Assembly: GCA_045837725.1 (NCBI GenBank)
Contig: JBEWZL010000127.1
Location: 248,001-312,000 of the forward strand
Length of the DNA stretch: 64,000 nucleotides
Source of the DNA: Vermamoeba vermiformis
Lineage: Eukaryota
Reading direction: 5' to 3'
In this document: positions 39,737-54,235 of the stretch, in pieces
Position numbering within the stretch: the stretch's first letter is position 1
Layout of the letters: each line of letters starts with the position of its first letter
Made by a program: the position numbers and the translations under genes
Notes under the pieces: generated by a model
Seen by the model: only the letters and a program-made list of their open reading frames with translations
The model's database searches: none
Told to the model about the DNA's origin: nothing

Positions 39737-42581
39737 ATGGCACAGGGTATCGAGAAAATCAAGGCTGTATTTGCCTCGAAGAAAGCAGAGGGCAAGACCG
39801 TTTTTGTTCCCTTCGTCACTGCTGGATACCCATCGGACCTTGAAACAGTTGGTATTTTATTAGCTCTCGAGGAGGGTGGTGCAGATATTATCGAAGTTGG
39901 TATTCCGCACACTGATCCACTTGCCGATGGTCCCACTATTCAACACGCGAATAACGGTAAATAGTTTTGGCAGATCACGCCGAATTTTTCACAAACAAAA
40001 ATTTGTTTCAAAATTGGAAACTAGGACGATTGTATATAATTGTTCTATCGCCATCTATTTCTCAGATATTTATTGAACGAATTTTTCAGATTTACTCGTG
40101 AATCTCAAAATATCAGTAACTAATCGATCGCCACCTTTATTGCATCATGCATTTATATAGACATTATAGATCATATTTATTGATGATTATTTAGTGGCTT
40201 TGGCTGGTGGTGTTACCACTCAGAAATGTTTGGATTACATCAAAGAAGCTCGAGAACGAGGTCTCAAAGCCCCGGTAATATTGATGGGCTACTATAATCC
40301 TATTCATCAATATGGAGACGAAAAGTTTGTTAAAGCCGCAAAAGAAGCTGGTACGTGAACTGCGACAAACTCTGATTGTATCGAACGTTATTATTCGTAC
40401 TATGATTAATATTATTATCCATGCCCTCCGCTGCCATTTAGCCGTTATTATAATTACCATAAGCTCAAATTAGAATTTTTTCAATTTTTTTGTCTCGCGA
40501 TCCGGTCACAAATTAATTTTTATTGCTCATGCAGGTGCCGATGGCTTTATTGTTGTAGATCTTCCTTGGGATGAAGGAGAAGTCTTCAGAAAACACTGCA
40601 AGACTTACGGACTCAGCTTTGTTCCTCTTATCGCTCAAACCACACAAGAAGAGCGTTTGAAGCAGTTCGGTCAAATCGCAGACTCATTTGTTTATTGCAT
40701 TAGCTTGCTTGGTGTCACTGGTAAGTCATTTTCATCGCCATACTAATATTGTACCCGAAATCAATTCATACAACTCGTAAATTAAGCTCAATTCAGACAA
40801 AAATAGCGCTTTTGCATAGAAGCAATGCCAAACCCGCAAACTACCTCGGGTTTAATGTAATTATGGTATTAACATCCTTCGTAGGTGTCAAGAACCAGAT
40901 CTCCAACGATCTGCCCAGCTTTATCGCGAAGGTTCGCAAGCACGTTAACACACCTCTCGCGGTTGGCTTTGGTATTTCCACGAAAGAACACTTCGACAGA
41001 GTTGCCAAATTAGGCGAAGGCGTTGTCGTTGGCTCCATGCTGACAAAGAAGATCGGCGAGTCTGAAATTGGTACTCGTGCCGACATCGCCAAAGAAGTTG
41101 CGCAATACTTCAGTGCCCCTGTCCAGGCTACTCCTGACGAGGAGCGCGCTGCTCCCACTGAAGAAGTTGAACGCAGTATGTAATATGTGAAGTCAATGGA
41201 TCTCGCGTGACTAACACTTGGCTTCTAGAAATCGAAAGACTGACACTTCCCGCCAAATTTGGTCAATTCGGTGGTCGCTATGCCCCTGAAACACTCATTG
41301 CAGCCCTCGAAGAACTCGAGTCTACCTGGGCCAAGCTGAAAACAGACGTTGATTTCCAAAAGGAAGTCAAGTCCTACTACAACTTTATCGGTCGTCCCAC
41401 ACCTTTGTACTTCGCCGAGCGCATGACCAAAGAATGCGGTGGCGCTAACATTTGGTTCAAGCGCGAGGACTTGGCTCACACTGGTGCTCACAAGATCAAC
41501 AACGCAAGTAAGTTAGACTCCTCTTTTGTTAGAATCTTCTGCATGTTACTCACGGTCAAATAGTCGGTCAAGCATTGCTTGCTAAGCGATTGAACAAGAC
41601 CCGTATTATCGCTGAAACTGGCGCTGGTCAACACGGTGTCGCCACGGCTACAGTTTGTGCCAAGTTGGGTCTCGAGTGCGTGATCTACATGGGTGCTGAA
41701 GACATTGAACGACAATCGCTCAACGTGTTCAAGATGAAGCTGTTAGGTGCCACAGTAGTCCCCGTCACTAGTGGCAGCAAGACCTTGAAGGACGCCGTTA
41801 ACGAAGCCATGCGCGATTGGGTCACCAACGTGCGCACAACGCACTATATTGTCGGCAGTGCCATCGGTCCTCACCCGTTCCCGACCATCGTCAGAGACTT
41901 CCAATCAGTTATCGGCAGCGAAGCTCGTCAACAGTTCGTAAGTACTTGCTTTCACTGCACGCGACTCCGGATGTCTAACAGTTTGTTCAGCGAGACAAGA
42001 TGGGCAAGTTGCCTGACGTTGTGATGGCTTGTGTTGGTGGTGGCAGTAACTCCATCGGCATGTTCCATCCCTTCGTGAACGACAACAATGTACAATTGAT
42101 CGGTGTTGAAGCTGGTGGTCACGGTATTGCCTCGGACGATCACTGCGCTACTTTGATCAAGGGCACCCCTGGTATCTTGCACGGCACATGCACTTATGTC
42201 TTGCAAGACAAGGACGGTCAAATCAAGGGCACGCACTCCATTTCAGCTGGTCTGGACTACCCCGCCGTCGGTCCTGAACACGCACACTTGAAGGACTCTG
42301 GCCGCGCTCAATACGTCGCTGTCGATGATAAACAAGTAAGCAAGGGCTAATAGATACTAGTAACGCGCATACTAATGCTCCTGCAGGCCTTGGAAGGTTT
42401 CAAATTGCTGTGCAGTCTCGAGGGTATCATTCCTGCCTTGGAGACGAGTCACGCCATTTACTACGCCGCTCAATTGGCTCAAAGCATGAACAAGGGTGAA
42501 AATATTCTTGTTTGCATGAGCGGTCGAGGAGACAAGGACATGAACACTGTTGCCAAGGCTTTGGGTGTTCAACTCAGTTAG
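39737..42581 (+). CDS. trpAB: Tryptophan synthase, fused alpha (TrpA) + beta (TrpB)
   Basis: [38 protein letters not shown], then [26 protein letters not shown] (PLP Lys), [32 protein letters not shown]. Confidence 0.97.
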
Positions 42582-42812
42582 ATTCGATGAGATCTTCGCG
42601 AGGGTTGCAGCATACTGATACTGGCCTGTCTATGCAAGCTAGCATTATCATATATGTGAATAAATTAGATATTTGATATTTTTAAACGCTTGTGTGTTCT
42701 TTTTGCAACGGTCACGAGAGAATCAAACGAAAACTCAGCAAGACAAAACAGAAAAAAGATTTTTGTCATCATTCTCAATTTTGATTCAAACGCGCGACAA
42801 CACCAATATATA

Positions 42813-45800
42813 ATGTCTGTTTCGGCCACCCCCGAGGATATTTACTCTATTGTCGAGCCTTTGGTAGATGCGCTCTCACAGCTCGTGCTAGAAGCTTTGA
42901 GTGGCTCTCTTGCCAATTGCTTGCCTCACTGCGTTAAATTATCCAATGCTACCGTGCAATTAGTGCATATTGCTCAAAATGTAGCTTTGCAATCTGATGG
43001 AGAAGCCTTGGCTATCGAGATCACCGAAATCATTACTGGCATCGCAAACGGAATCGACCAATTGGTGACTGCTTTCACTAGCTTGGCAGAGAATCGTACT
43101 GACACAGAGAGAGCAAAAGTATTTTCACAAGCAGCAAAACACTTGGGCGATCTGATTAATGATTTGATCTTGGCCACCGATGAGACTTCGCGAAAACGCA
43201 TGACTGCTTTGATTCGCAAGGCCATCGAGTGTACCAACGAGCTCTCCACAGCAGTATCAGAGAATCCCAATCGCTCAAAGGTCAATAACGCGGGCAGAGT
43301 ATTTTCTGAAACGAATACTCAGTTAGGTAGGCAGATTCGGTAAAATCGAACCGCAAGATTTTTGCTTTATTAATCTTCGATAATATTTATCATTTTATAT
43401 TGCACTATTATACGACAAGTATCGTAGAATCTTAAGATTTTTATTTGGCAATTTTATCGGCAGATCGCCAATATACTAGCGTCTGATAATAATATCGATG
43501 CATGCATTTAACTAAAAATTATTAGTTGACAACGATTTCTTCATGCGATTCAAAATTTACTTCAGAAAATCTTTCCAAAGTTAGTTAATCATCGCAAAAT
43601 CTTTTTCATGCGAGCAATTTAATTTATCTTTTTAAATTATTGCAGGATAATTGTTGACCGTTTGATTGCTGTAATACTGATTAATAATGACTTCATTTTT
43701 TAGTGGATGTTTCTCGTCGTGCTGCTCGTGCTTCAAGCAACGAACAAAAGAAGAGATTGTTGACTTCAGCTTCAGACGATATCTCATATGTATCTCCCCA
43801 ATTAGTAGAACTCGGCAAAGGCATCGCGGACTCTCCGGGTAAGCTATTTTATCTAATTCAACCCTTTCATGAAACAATTTTAGTTAGACAACACTGTCAT
43901 AATTAATATGATCCATAATAATATTTATTAATAATATGCCCGTAGAGGATAACAATTTGGTCTATCAATTCCGCACGTTGGAGCCTCGGCTTACAGACGC
44001 CTATCGCACGTTGATTGAAGGCCTCAAAATCGAAGCCACTGATCACTTTGCTAAACTCGCTGCTGTTGTTGAGATTGCTCTTGAGCTGCTCGACCGATTG
44101 AAGGCTCTTCAAGCCCGTGCCAACGAGTTAGTCAAGCACATTGAAGCCAAGAACAAGCCCAACATCAAGAGCGGCATCACCGAAGTCGAGAACGCTCTCG
44201 ATGCCGCTGTCAAGATCGCTCAATCAGCCGTTGAACACATCACCGATGTCATCCGCAGACAAGTGCTGCGCGGTGCCATCGAGGATTTGAAGCGCGTACG
44301 TGCCACACTGAAATGCACTATTTTGACGCTGATCTAACGTTTGACAATAGGCCGCTGCTGATCTTATTGCCGCCGCTAAGGCCGCTTTGAACGACGATCC
44401 TCGTGCCTTGGCCTTGGCTCGTGCTGCTAATGCTGCTCTTCAAAACGCTGCTCAAAAGCTCGTTTTAGGCACTAAGGGCGATGCTATGGTCCAATATCCC
44501 ATTCACTTGGGCACTGAAGCTTTGCAACAATTGAGCGCTCAAGGTAAGCACGTGTAACATGAGATCACTGATTTCAAATGCTCTAACATGCCATTAGTCG
44601 TTGCTGCTGCTGAAGCCGGTGATATGCAAGCATTGTTTAACAGCTCCCAAGAGTTGTCTGAAGTCGCCAAGATGATGGCCAACGAGTTGATCAAGAAGGC
44701 TAACGCTACTAAGGACCCTCAAGAACGTGCTCGTTTGTTGGCCCTCGCTGACGAGATTAAGAGAGCTGCTCTTGACGTCATCGCTGCTGCCAAGAACTAC
44801 GCTCAAGTAAGTCTAAAGACTTGACGCCCAATCAACATTGTACTAAACATTCAATAGAACCCCACCCCCGAAAACAAGGCCAAGCTCGAAGATGCTCACC
44901 GTGCTTTGCAAAACGTCGTTGCCAAGGCTCGTGGCTTCGAGTCCACTCCAGCTGGTTTTGCTCCAGTGAAGGTCGAGCCCGTTCAAACTCAAGAACACGT
45001 GCAACACGAAGAGGAACTCAACTTGTTGGACTTGGAACCTTTGCCCAATGATCACCCTCTTGTCAGAGCCGCCAAAGAACAAGCTTTGGCTGCCCTCGAA
45101 GTACGTCATATTCAATTACTTAGTGGTACGAGCAATGTACTAACGTGCCTAGGTTATTCGTGAGGCTGAAAAGACTGCTGCCAATGATCCCAAGTTGCAA
45201 GCTCAAGTTGCCGCTGCTGCCGCTGAAGTCCGCAAATGGATCAAGCTCGTTATGGACGCTGCCAAGAAGGTTGCTGCCAACCCCGACGACGCAGCTGCTC
45301 AAGCTGAACTCTCACAAGCTCAACAGGGCTTGCAAAAGGCCATTCAAAAGCTGGTCGTGTTGACCGGCAAGGACGAGAAGAGCCGCAAGGAGTTGGAAGA
45401 TGCATTGAAGGGTAAGTTCAATCAATGGTGACGTGCGTTAGTCCCGTGTTACTGACCGTGTGCGTGAAGGTCTCGAAGACGCCGTGCGCGAGGATCACAA
45501 GGACAACCAACCTCAATTGAAGGGTGCTGGCGAGTTCTTGCAAAAGGCCGAAGCAGCTCTCTTGGAGATTCAACAATTCTTCGCTGAGACCATCAAGTTG
45601 GACGTGAAGGACGGAGTTGTCAAGGCTAAAGAATTGTTTGCCAAGGTGTCAACCATGGCCAAGTTGTTGGAAGAGATGGCCGCCACCATCACTGTGCCCT
45701 CATTCAAGCAACAATTGATCAATGCCTCCAAGATTCTTCGTGACAACGCTTTGAAGATGAAGATCTTGGCCACCGTCAAGGCCGCTAGCGGTGAAGACGA

Positions 45801-45966
45801 GAGCGGACAATTGGCCGCTGCTGCTCGTGGTCTCGGAGTGCAGATTAAGGACATTGTTAACGACGTTCGCGCCTTGTCCCTACGTCACCGTGTCGAAAAG
45901 ACCGAGGCTCAAGCTCGTGCCTTGAAGAAGATCGCCGAAGCTGTTCGCCGAGGGCGCATGTATTAA
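42813..45966 (+). CDS. Vinculin/alpha-catenin family protein
   Basis: N-terminal SIVEPLVDALSQLV, Ala-rich helical bundles, tail LKMKILATVKAAS...QL...A..L...IKDIV resembling the vinculin tail; strong codon bias. Confidence 0.75.
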
Positions 45967-46073
45967 ATTTTTGTATAATCTTGTTAAAGAAAAATTTTAC
46001 CTTCATACTTGATCCAACCCAAAATGCGGGCAAAAATCAGTTTTACTAAACTATAATTTACATAAACAATAAA

Positions 46074-49000
46074 TTAATGGGCAAGGGAAGCGTAGAACTC
46101 GCTGGCATTCTTCACCAAAGTATGTTGCTCTGGGAAGGCAGCCAACTTCGAGGCACAAGTCTCGAGCGAAGTAGCCAACGCTTGGAAGGCCTCCTTTTGG
46201 GTCATCTTCAAGACCATCTTGAAGTGAGGGTAGTATTTGAGATCTTCTTTGGGCGACAACAGGTGTTGAAGCAAGTCCATCATCGCGTCAACACGAGCTT
46301 TGTTTTCGGTCTCATTATCGCCAAAAGCAAGCACCTTTTCGACGGCGAATTGAAGAACCCTACCAACACATAGTTAGAGCCTGTTGTATGGCATTGCATG
46401 GATGCACTTACTTAATGAGACCACGAGTGTTGTGGGTCAATGTGTATTTGTCAATGACCAACTTCAGCTCGCGCACAAGTTCAGAGACATCTCCGCTGAC
46501 CAAGAAGTTCTCGGTGTAGTGCAACATGCACTCACCCCAGTAGTTGATTAACCAAACTGCGTGCTTGTTGAAGATGTCCAAGCCGCTCTTGATTTCAGGG
46601 TCGAGGCCTTGCAAAGCACCGACATCAGATTCGCTCAATCCATAGTTGGCGTCACCAATCATTTTTTTCTTGGCCATCATGTTCGAGGTCTTTACACCTT
46701 GGTGCATCAAAATTACCGCTGCAATGGGTGTTAGCTCAGTACCGTAGTTCCTTTCTTCAGATAATTTACCTTTAGACAAGTCAACGAAAGCCATGTGCTT
46801 GACCTTGGGAGCTCTCTTAGCAATGCTTTTGGTGAAGAACGATTGGGAGCCCAACACTGCGAACTCTTTCATGCCGCTGACAAACTCGATGTTCAAGTGC
46901 TGCTCAATGCGTGCAATCAATGCGGGAACATCAACATCAAGAGCGACCTCATTGGTCTTCTCTTGTTCAGTCAGGGCCAAGTCACCAAATTTCTCGGTGA
47001 TGAGCACCTTGATCGGTGTCTCCTTCAAGTGCTTCTCATCGCTCTCAGTGGCCTTCCACAAGCGAATGTCCTCGAGGAAGTTGTTCATCGTGTTGATGAT
47101 GATGTTGTCGAATACGACCTTGAAGGGCTCTTTCTTCTCGACCATAGCATCGCGCATCTTAGCGTTAATGTCGCACTTGATGACACGTGACACCATTTCA
47201 GTCAAGGCAGCGCGTTGAATGGGACTGGACTCCTGGATCAAATAGTGACGGAGCTCGCCGACATAGCGAACATTAATACCATTTCGGTGGGCAATAGCTA
47301 CGAGTTGAGCGGCGGTCAAACTCTTAGCTTTCTCTTCGCTGTAAGTGGCCTTCAATGTTTTAGCGGCCTTGGGAATGACTGTCTCGTGCAACATTTTAGT
47401 GGCCTATAAATAATGATCAGTACTTAAACATTATATTTAAATATTTGATCGCGACTTCTTACAGCAACGATGGCCTCTTTGTCCTTCTGAATTTCCTCAG
47501 GCTCGTCGGCATCCATCTTGCAATAGCAATCAGGATTTAATTTTTGAGGCGACATCTTGGTCAATTCAGGACGCAAGTGCTTGTACCATTGATCTCTGAA
47601 AGGGGTGATATCAGAAACGTGCGAATTCGAAGCAGAGGAAACAAACTCACTCTTGCACGGTGGCCGTGCCTTCAGGAATAGAAAAGCGAGCAAAGTCGAG
47701 ACCGTAGAGTTTGCCATTCTGAAAAGAACACATGTTCCAATTAGTTGCGCGCAATTTTTAGAAATTTCGATTGACATACGACGCGATGCACTTCAAAATC
47801 ACCACAAGTAGCCAGCTTTTTGGGGGTAGTCGTGTTGTATCCGACGTTATGCGGCTTGATGTTGTAACCATCGCCGAAGAGCGTCATCAACTTGTCCACT
47901 TCTTCGTCGCGATACACGGTCTGAGCACCATCATTGCTATAAAAGGAAATTAGTGGATCGGAAGGTCGCGCACAAGTTACTTACCTTCCGTAGACAATGC
48001 TCTTGCTAGTCGTCGGTACAACCGAGATGGCGAGTAATCTAAAGCCGCACCAATCTGTGTTTTTTCACTGGTTAGCGAAAGTTCAAGATCTAAAACAAAA
48101 TGACACGCTTGACGTTTCTTAGATTTGTGTTGTAATGTTACGCACCGATCGTGCACATCAAAGGGAAAAAGATGCCAGGGATATAGGCCAAAGCAAAGTT
48201 GTTCAAGTTGCGCAATTCATGTCCTGCCGCAAAATATTAAGTTTACCCGATCGGATCAAAAAGGATTAAATGGCTTTACCTGCCGCCTTGGCAGCGTTTT
48301 CATCTCCGGAATAGAGCGACTTGGTCTTGGTAATTGGGACATCCAAGGCAAACTATGTTATAAATGAGTTTGTGCGATGTCGCTAGATGTGTTCACGTAC
48401 CTTTAAAAAGATATTCTTTTCCTTAAACTTCTTGCCTCCAGCAATACCCTTATTGATTTCTACGATCTTGATACTATCTTTGTCTTCTTGGTTGGCACAC
48501 GATTTTGAAATGATCACGCGAGCATAAGTCTATTGTTAGCCCAAGTTAGAAACTGTCCTGAAATCCGCTTATTTGAATTAATTACCTCGGCAGCAGTCAA
48601 GAAATCTTCGGCAAGGTCGTTGAGGGTCATAACCAATTGGCAGATCTTATCGAAGTTTTCTTCAGGCTGTGCGTGTTCGTATCCGATCTGAGCCAGCAAG
48701 CTGTGATATTCAGCGCTCCAATCGCGGTTCTTGAATTCCTCAACGAGTTTTGTAATTTTGACGGTATCTTCTTTGCGTGGAGAAATCAACGGCGAGCTGT
48801 CTTCGAATTTCTTTGTGTTTGGCACATCTGCACCTAGTAAGTCGTCGAAATCGCTCGCGGCGTAGCCCTTCACGTGAGATAAAGGATCAAATTCCTCTTC
48901 GGAGTCTTCGGCATCAGAATCATTAGCAGCTGCTGTGGATTCGAAGTAGCCCGAGCTGTTATTCATCGGATTAACCTCCGAAGGGATGGATTCGTGGTAG

Positions 49001-49996
49001 CCGCTCGCATTGAGGTCAACGTGAGGTTTGGGGGACTTTTGATTCTCTCGTTCGGCGCGTGCAGCGGCAGCAGTGTCTTCGAACTTTTTCAACAAGATCG
49101 AGACGCGACTGTTCTTCTTTTGAAGCGGCGATTGCAACATTTCTGCGACGTTATTTCTCACGTTGTCATGAGCCTCACCAAGACCACTGAAGTACGCAGT
49201 ATTTAAAGTGGCGGGTGGCGATATTTCACCAGCTGCCTTCTGATCGGGGACTTCCAAAGCGTTATAAGCAGAGTCAGACTACATATAACATGAATTAGTA
49301 CAGAGCATTTAAATTGGTTTGGGTCACGGCTCAGGAGCTGAAGCGAAAGAACAACAGTAAATCCGTAAATTGCACGAGTTCAAATTTGCTTCTCTTAAGA
49401 CTCATGCCTCAAATATTCATAGTAACACGAAAAATAAGGTAATTCGTTTTGGGTCAAATCGTGGGCTGGATTCGCATCTCCAATCCAACACTTTTAGTCT
49501 TGTCTCGGCGTCAGGAACCAATTCTACTGATTTTAATTTAAAAAAGCACTTACCATGGTTGTTCAGAGTGAGTGGCTTATTAACTATCTTTTGTTACAAG
49601 GCAGGGCGTCACCTGACACAATCGAAAAGATAGTTAGATCAGTATACATTGAATGGAAAAAAAATAGACGATTGAGCCAATGGAAACCATATCAGTAGAA
49701 AATTTGTTTGGCTAATTAATTTATCAAATTGCAATGCCACCAGGGAAGAGCACCACGACGAATAACTTCTTCCTCGCGCGCAGCTCGGCAGCAGAAAAAT
49801 TTGGGTAATTACCTTGCGTGGTCTTGTCTAACCTGATATTAATAAATGGCTTTCAAATTGTAGAGTTTCACAATTTATCGTTTTTACCATAAAAGGAAAC
49901 CGGAAAACTAAAATGGAATTTCCTTACCTCAGAAACTCCTTCGCCATCGTTAGCTGCTAATCTTGTCACGCGAGCTCGTAAACTCTTCTCAGACAT
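46074..49996 (-). CDS. Clu-domain (clustered-mitochondria central domain) protein; 5' exons uncertain
   Basis: RDWSAEY, LAEDFLTAA, GIAGGKK, AAKAAGHEL, LRPEL, HRNGINVRYVGELR, EMVSRVIK motifs typical of protist Clu-domain proteins. Confidence 0.75.
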
Positions 49997-50271
49997 GCGA
50001 CCTCCCTAATTTATGGATAATATTGTAGCCTGAGATCCGAGGATCGATCTCCTGATCGGGTTACTAATTAGCGCAATGCCAATGAAGCTTCGGGCGAATC
50101 ACACTCCATCGCCACGCGACGAAGATTAGATATGTAAGTTAGCAGTATCGGCTAAATTGTGCTCTAAGATTATGCACCGATCGGAGACTGGTCCGTAAAT
50201 ATTCGGTTTGTATTCGCTTTACTATATTTAGAGCGCCATAATAAATAAAGATTTATGTAATTACCGTCCAA

Positions 50272-51770
50272 TTATATCGAGGTAAAGTCATCTTCGTTCA
50301 GTGTTTTCTGTAGGCCCGTGTTCGTGTCCTCTTTGCCGTTGCGTAGTAACTTGAACCGATGTTTTAAATTGCTGCTCTGCGCGTAGATGACTTTAACGAG
50401 TTCTAATAATCGAGGTCATATTAGTTACCAACGATAGGGAGATCCAAGTGAGATCGGATCAAAACTCGCGTACCTTTCCTATGTACAATTCCTTTAAATA
50501 CATAAGTGTGGCCATCGCTAAGAGCTATTTCTAGTGCTTTCCGCGATAAAAATCGCTCTATCTAAGCCAAAAGTAGTAAAGTTAATGAATTTGTCGTCAA
50601 GTGCCAGGGAACCGCTCAAATCCGCTTTAGTTAATCAATCACACTTACTTTGTTAACTGATACTATGGAGTCTATTCTAATTGCAACGCCAGAAGGGCTT
50701 CCTTTCTTCGTAAATAGCTCGCCTACAAAATTTAATTAAATTCAGATCAAATCTGTGGCGGCAAAGAATCGAAAAACTTACTTATTGAGGAATATTGAAA
50801 TGCAATGTATTCTTGAGTTATATACAGGTATCCCGGCTTGTTGTTCCAAGCACAGATAAAGTCTGAAAGCAATTCGTTAGTAAAACGCGAATTCAGGGTT
50901 TTAAGCTTTGAAAGGCACGAAAGAAGATATCTGCAACGACTTACAATTTACAATTTGTTGATCGAGAGGCAAATTAAGTTCTAGAAGCAAATCCGTATTG
51001 TGCGCGATCGGGGTAGCAGGTTTTTCTTTCGTTTCTTGTTCGTTTTGTGGCCCTGTTGGCGTGTGGTTCAACAATTTATCTGCCAGGTTCTTATACGCCT
51101 CAGCTTTCTCGATTAACTAGTTAAAGGATCAGAAGGTTTCGTCAAAACCGCATGAATTTGAAACAAATTTACCTCTCTATTATCAGCGCGCAGGCAATCG
51201 AGCTCAACGCTCATTTCACGCATTTTTCGCTCTAACTCTGGCGTGTCAGCGTTGTTTTCGCTGCGTGACAGGGTGGCGCTGTTTGATACACGCAAAATGT
51301 TCGTTTCTGAAGGTATGGTGATCCTGGTTGCATCTCGTTTATTAATTTCTTCTTGTAATTGATTGTTTTGTGCTTTTAAAGATTTAATTTCGGCGGTAAG
51401 TCTCGAGATTTGATCTGGTGATTCGCCTGTCACTGCCGAAAATGCCTCTGCTTTCCATTTTTCGATTTCTTTGTCCTTTTCTTGAACTAAGACAAATAGT
51501 GCAACTGATTAATAACCATTGTAATTTCGAAAAATAATAAAAAATAAATATGCGTAATTTGTATCCAAATTATGAATGAACAAGTCACGACGTGAATTTT
51601 TGTATGCTATTGTACATACTAATTAAATTTTGCCCTTGAATTTGCGCTTGTAACTCAGCAACCATAGATTCGGCATCCTGAATAATTTCTTTGTACGTCC
51701 TGAGTTTTTGCTGCAACACATCTATTAATTCATTTTTGTCCGCTAATTCTCCTTCTAGTTGTTTCTCCAT
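50272..51770 (-). CDS. Coiled-coil + GRAM-domain protein (start uncertain)
   Basis: Coiled-coil exons, then LNLPLDQQIVN.FICAWNNKPGYLYITQEYIAF...IRIDSIVSVNK...ALEIAL...YVFKG (GRAM-like). Confidence 0.65.
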
Positions 51771-52294
51771 TTGGGCGTGCGTTTTAATGATTGAGTGCTG
51801 CCTTTTTTTAATGAACAAACCCAAGCACCACCCTTTGTTCTCGGTATAATTCTATTCGAAAGTGGCGTCATATTAGATCGCGTTCCATGCTACTCATGTG
51901 CGATTGCACTTGCCTGAATAATGTCGCGTTGCAAAACAAAAAGATCGCTTGGTAACCAAAAAAATTACAATTAAATTGCTTCCTTTTGTCAAAAATTTTG
52001 ATACTATACTCCCCGTATATTGTTAGTGCGAATTTCAAAATTTCGAAATTAGTTTTTAAATTGCACCGAATCTGGCGCGCAATCCGCCAAAAAGGGCAAG
52101 CAATTGCCGAACCCGCGTGCAATTTTCAGCGCCATAGAATATTGGAGCTAATTTACTCCGACATCGAGATTTGTTCTCCTTTGCCACAAGCTTTTTGTTA
52201 TATCCGCGAATAATTATTTAATAATACCCAGTTACTGCTAGGTTCAATCATTAAGCGATTCTGAACATTAAATTCGATCGCCAATTGGTATTAA

Positions 52295-53150
52295 TTAAAG
52301 GGCCGCAATCACAGCGAGGATCAAAGAGGATCCGAATCCAAGCAAGGTGCCGGACGCGCTCTTCTTGGCTACAGGCGTTGCTTTGGGGGCGTTGTTATTA
52401 GCCACAGGTGCAACGACAGGACTGGCAGAAGGAGCAGTAATAGTAATAGGAGCCACTGCAGGCGCGGCAACAGGTTCGGCAACAGGGACCACAGGTACGT
52501 CATAGCATCTCACCTTCTTGACGTAGCCAACGCCGAGTGGTGCACAACTAGAGACATTGCTGTAGAGCTCATTCGTGGAGCAGTCAGCTGCGTACGAGTA
52601 TTGGAAGGTCACGCTGCTGTCTTGGTTGCATCCGCTAAATCTGTACGCGTCGTTGTTCACGCCAGCAGCAGCGATCCAACATACATTAGGCTTGCCTAAA
52701 TATAAGTAAGCATAAGGAACTGGTTTCGATTCTTAGATAAGACGAGTCTAATGTAAATCCAGGATCCGTAAATTTTCAATCTTTACCTCCGATAAAAGAA
52801 TCAGCAGCTTCGCAAATATCCGAAGAGGAGAAAAATATTCCGGACCAATCGTTAGGAAATGAGACCGTAGATGCTATGCAATTTTCAAGCCCATAGAATT
52901 GTCCTGCAACGATCTCGTAGCAACCAGTTTGCGTGCAGGCTGGCTGTGAGTGATTATAATTAGCAACGGAGATGTAAATAAATTTTCAGGAAGTACTTAC
53001 ACCGGTGGAAGGATAAAACACCATCCCGACCATGGAAGCGTCGCTGCAATCCGACGAAGTGAACACTGAGCGAGTGTAAGCTCCAGCATAGCACGCTCTA
53101 AATATATCGACAAAGCATAAAAGGGCAATAATAATATTAACTGATTTCAT
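52295..53150 (-). CDS. Secreted Cys-rich, Pro/Ala-stalked GPI-like surface protein, paralog A
   Basis: Signal MKSVNIIIALLCF; three exons; APVAAP stalk; KKSAS + hydrophobic tail. Confidence 0.75.
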
Positions 53151-53369
53151 TTGTAGTTGTGGCCGTTGAAAAAGTTCGGGAAAATAGCCGAGATTTTTAA
53201 ACCTTTGCCAACATGTACCGACTTGAATTTAAATTCTACGAAATGTTAAAATATATACTTCGACCTCCCTAAATGGCTAAACTTACAGGTTATATTAATT
53301 GACTTAGACGTCTTCCTATTAGATCTACCGTTTTAAATATCTTGGATCGTTTATTCCTTAGTGCTAATA

Positions 53370-54235
53370 TTACAACAATGTAACGATAGTAGTAGTAGCA
53401 ACCGCCAAAGAAGCTGAACCAATTACAACAGTAGAAGCGCTCTTCTTGGAACCAACTGTTTCTTTTGGAGCGTTATTAGCCACCGGCTGTAAAATAGGAG
53501 CTGTAATGGGGGCAGGTAATGGAACAGCTACTGGAGGTTCAATCGGAGGGTCGGCGGGAGCTGCCATCGGCGGCATGGCACAAACAGCAGTGACAGAGCC
53601 GAAATCAACTAGATCACAAGAAGAAGAACTAACGGTGAAATTAAATGATGGAGAGAAAGCGCAGTCAAGATTATTCCACATTGCAAAGGTTAAAATACCA
53701 TTGTCATCGCAGCTGGTGAATTTAAAGGCGTTGGTGAAATCCGCGTTTTCAAAGACGAAGCAGATATCCGGCTTGCCTTTAATATTAATTTTAAAATACG
53801 TAATGCGTGAGCGTAAAATATAAATAAAATACTATAAAGGAGAATCGTAGTATTTTCAAAATAGTCGTTAGACTAAGTCTTACCTGTATACAAAGACCTA
53901 ATCGTACTGCATGATACAGAAGTAGAATCGAGGGTTACTCTGACAAAATCAGTTCTGAATGATGGTACCGAGACGCAGTTTTCGATCGCCCAGAACTGGC
54001 CGGTCGCGATCTCCTGGCATCCTGCGCCAAGTGAGCAGGTGTACTTAAAAATGTCAGTAAAATTAAAAAAAAACAATTTGGCACTTACACCACCGCCACC
54101 CGGGAAATAGAAGTGCGCTACCTCAGATTCGTCAGTACATCCAGGGTCGGTGAAGATCTTTCGCCAGTAAAGCGCAGCATTGGTTGAGCTGATGCACATG
54201 AGGCAAAGTAAAGCAAGGACGGTCAGCGACTTCAT
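53370..54235 (-). CDS. Secreted Cys-rich, Pro/Ala-stalked GPI-like surface protein, paralog B
   Basis: Signal MKSLTVLALLCL; shared GC.EI..GQF...ENC, GKP..C and PVANNAPK.T...KKSAS; same intron layout as paralog A. Confidence 0.75.

Noticed and set aside
36816-42581. Bacterial contamination or a recently transferred trp operon
   Set aside because: Both genes have multiple canonical introns, host-like codon usage and divergent rather than operonic orientation.
50030-50062. GATC-rich palindromic patches in non-coding DNA as a methylation signal
   Set aside because: Impression only; enrichment cannot be established without k-mer statistics or modification data.
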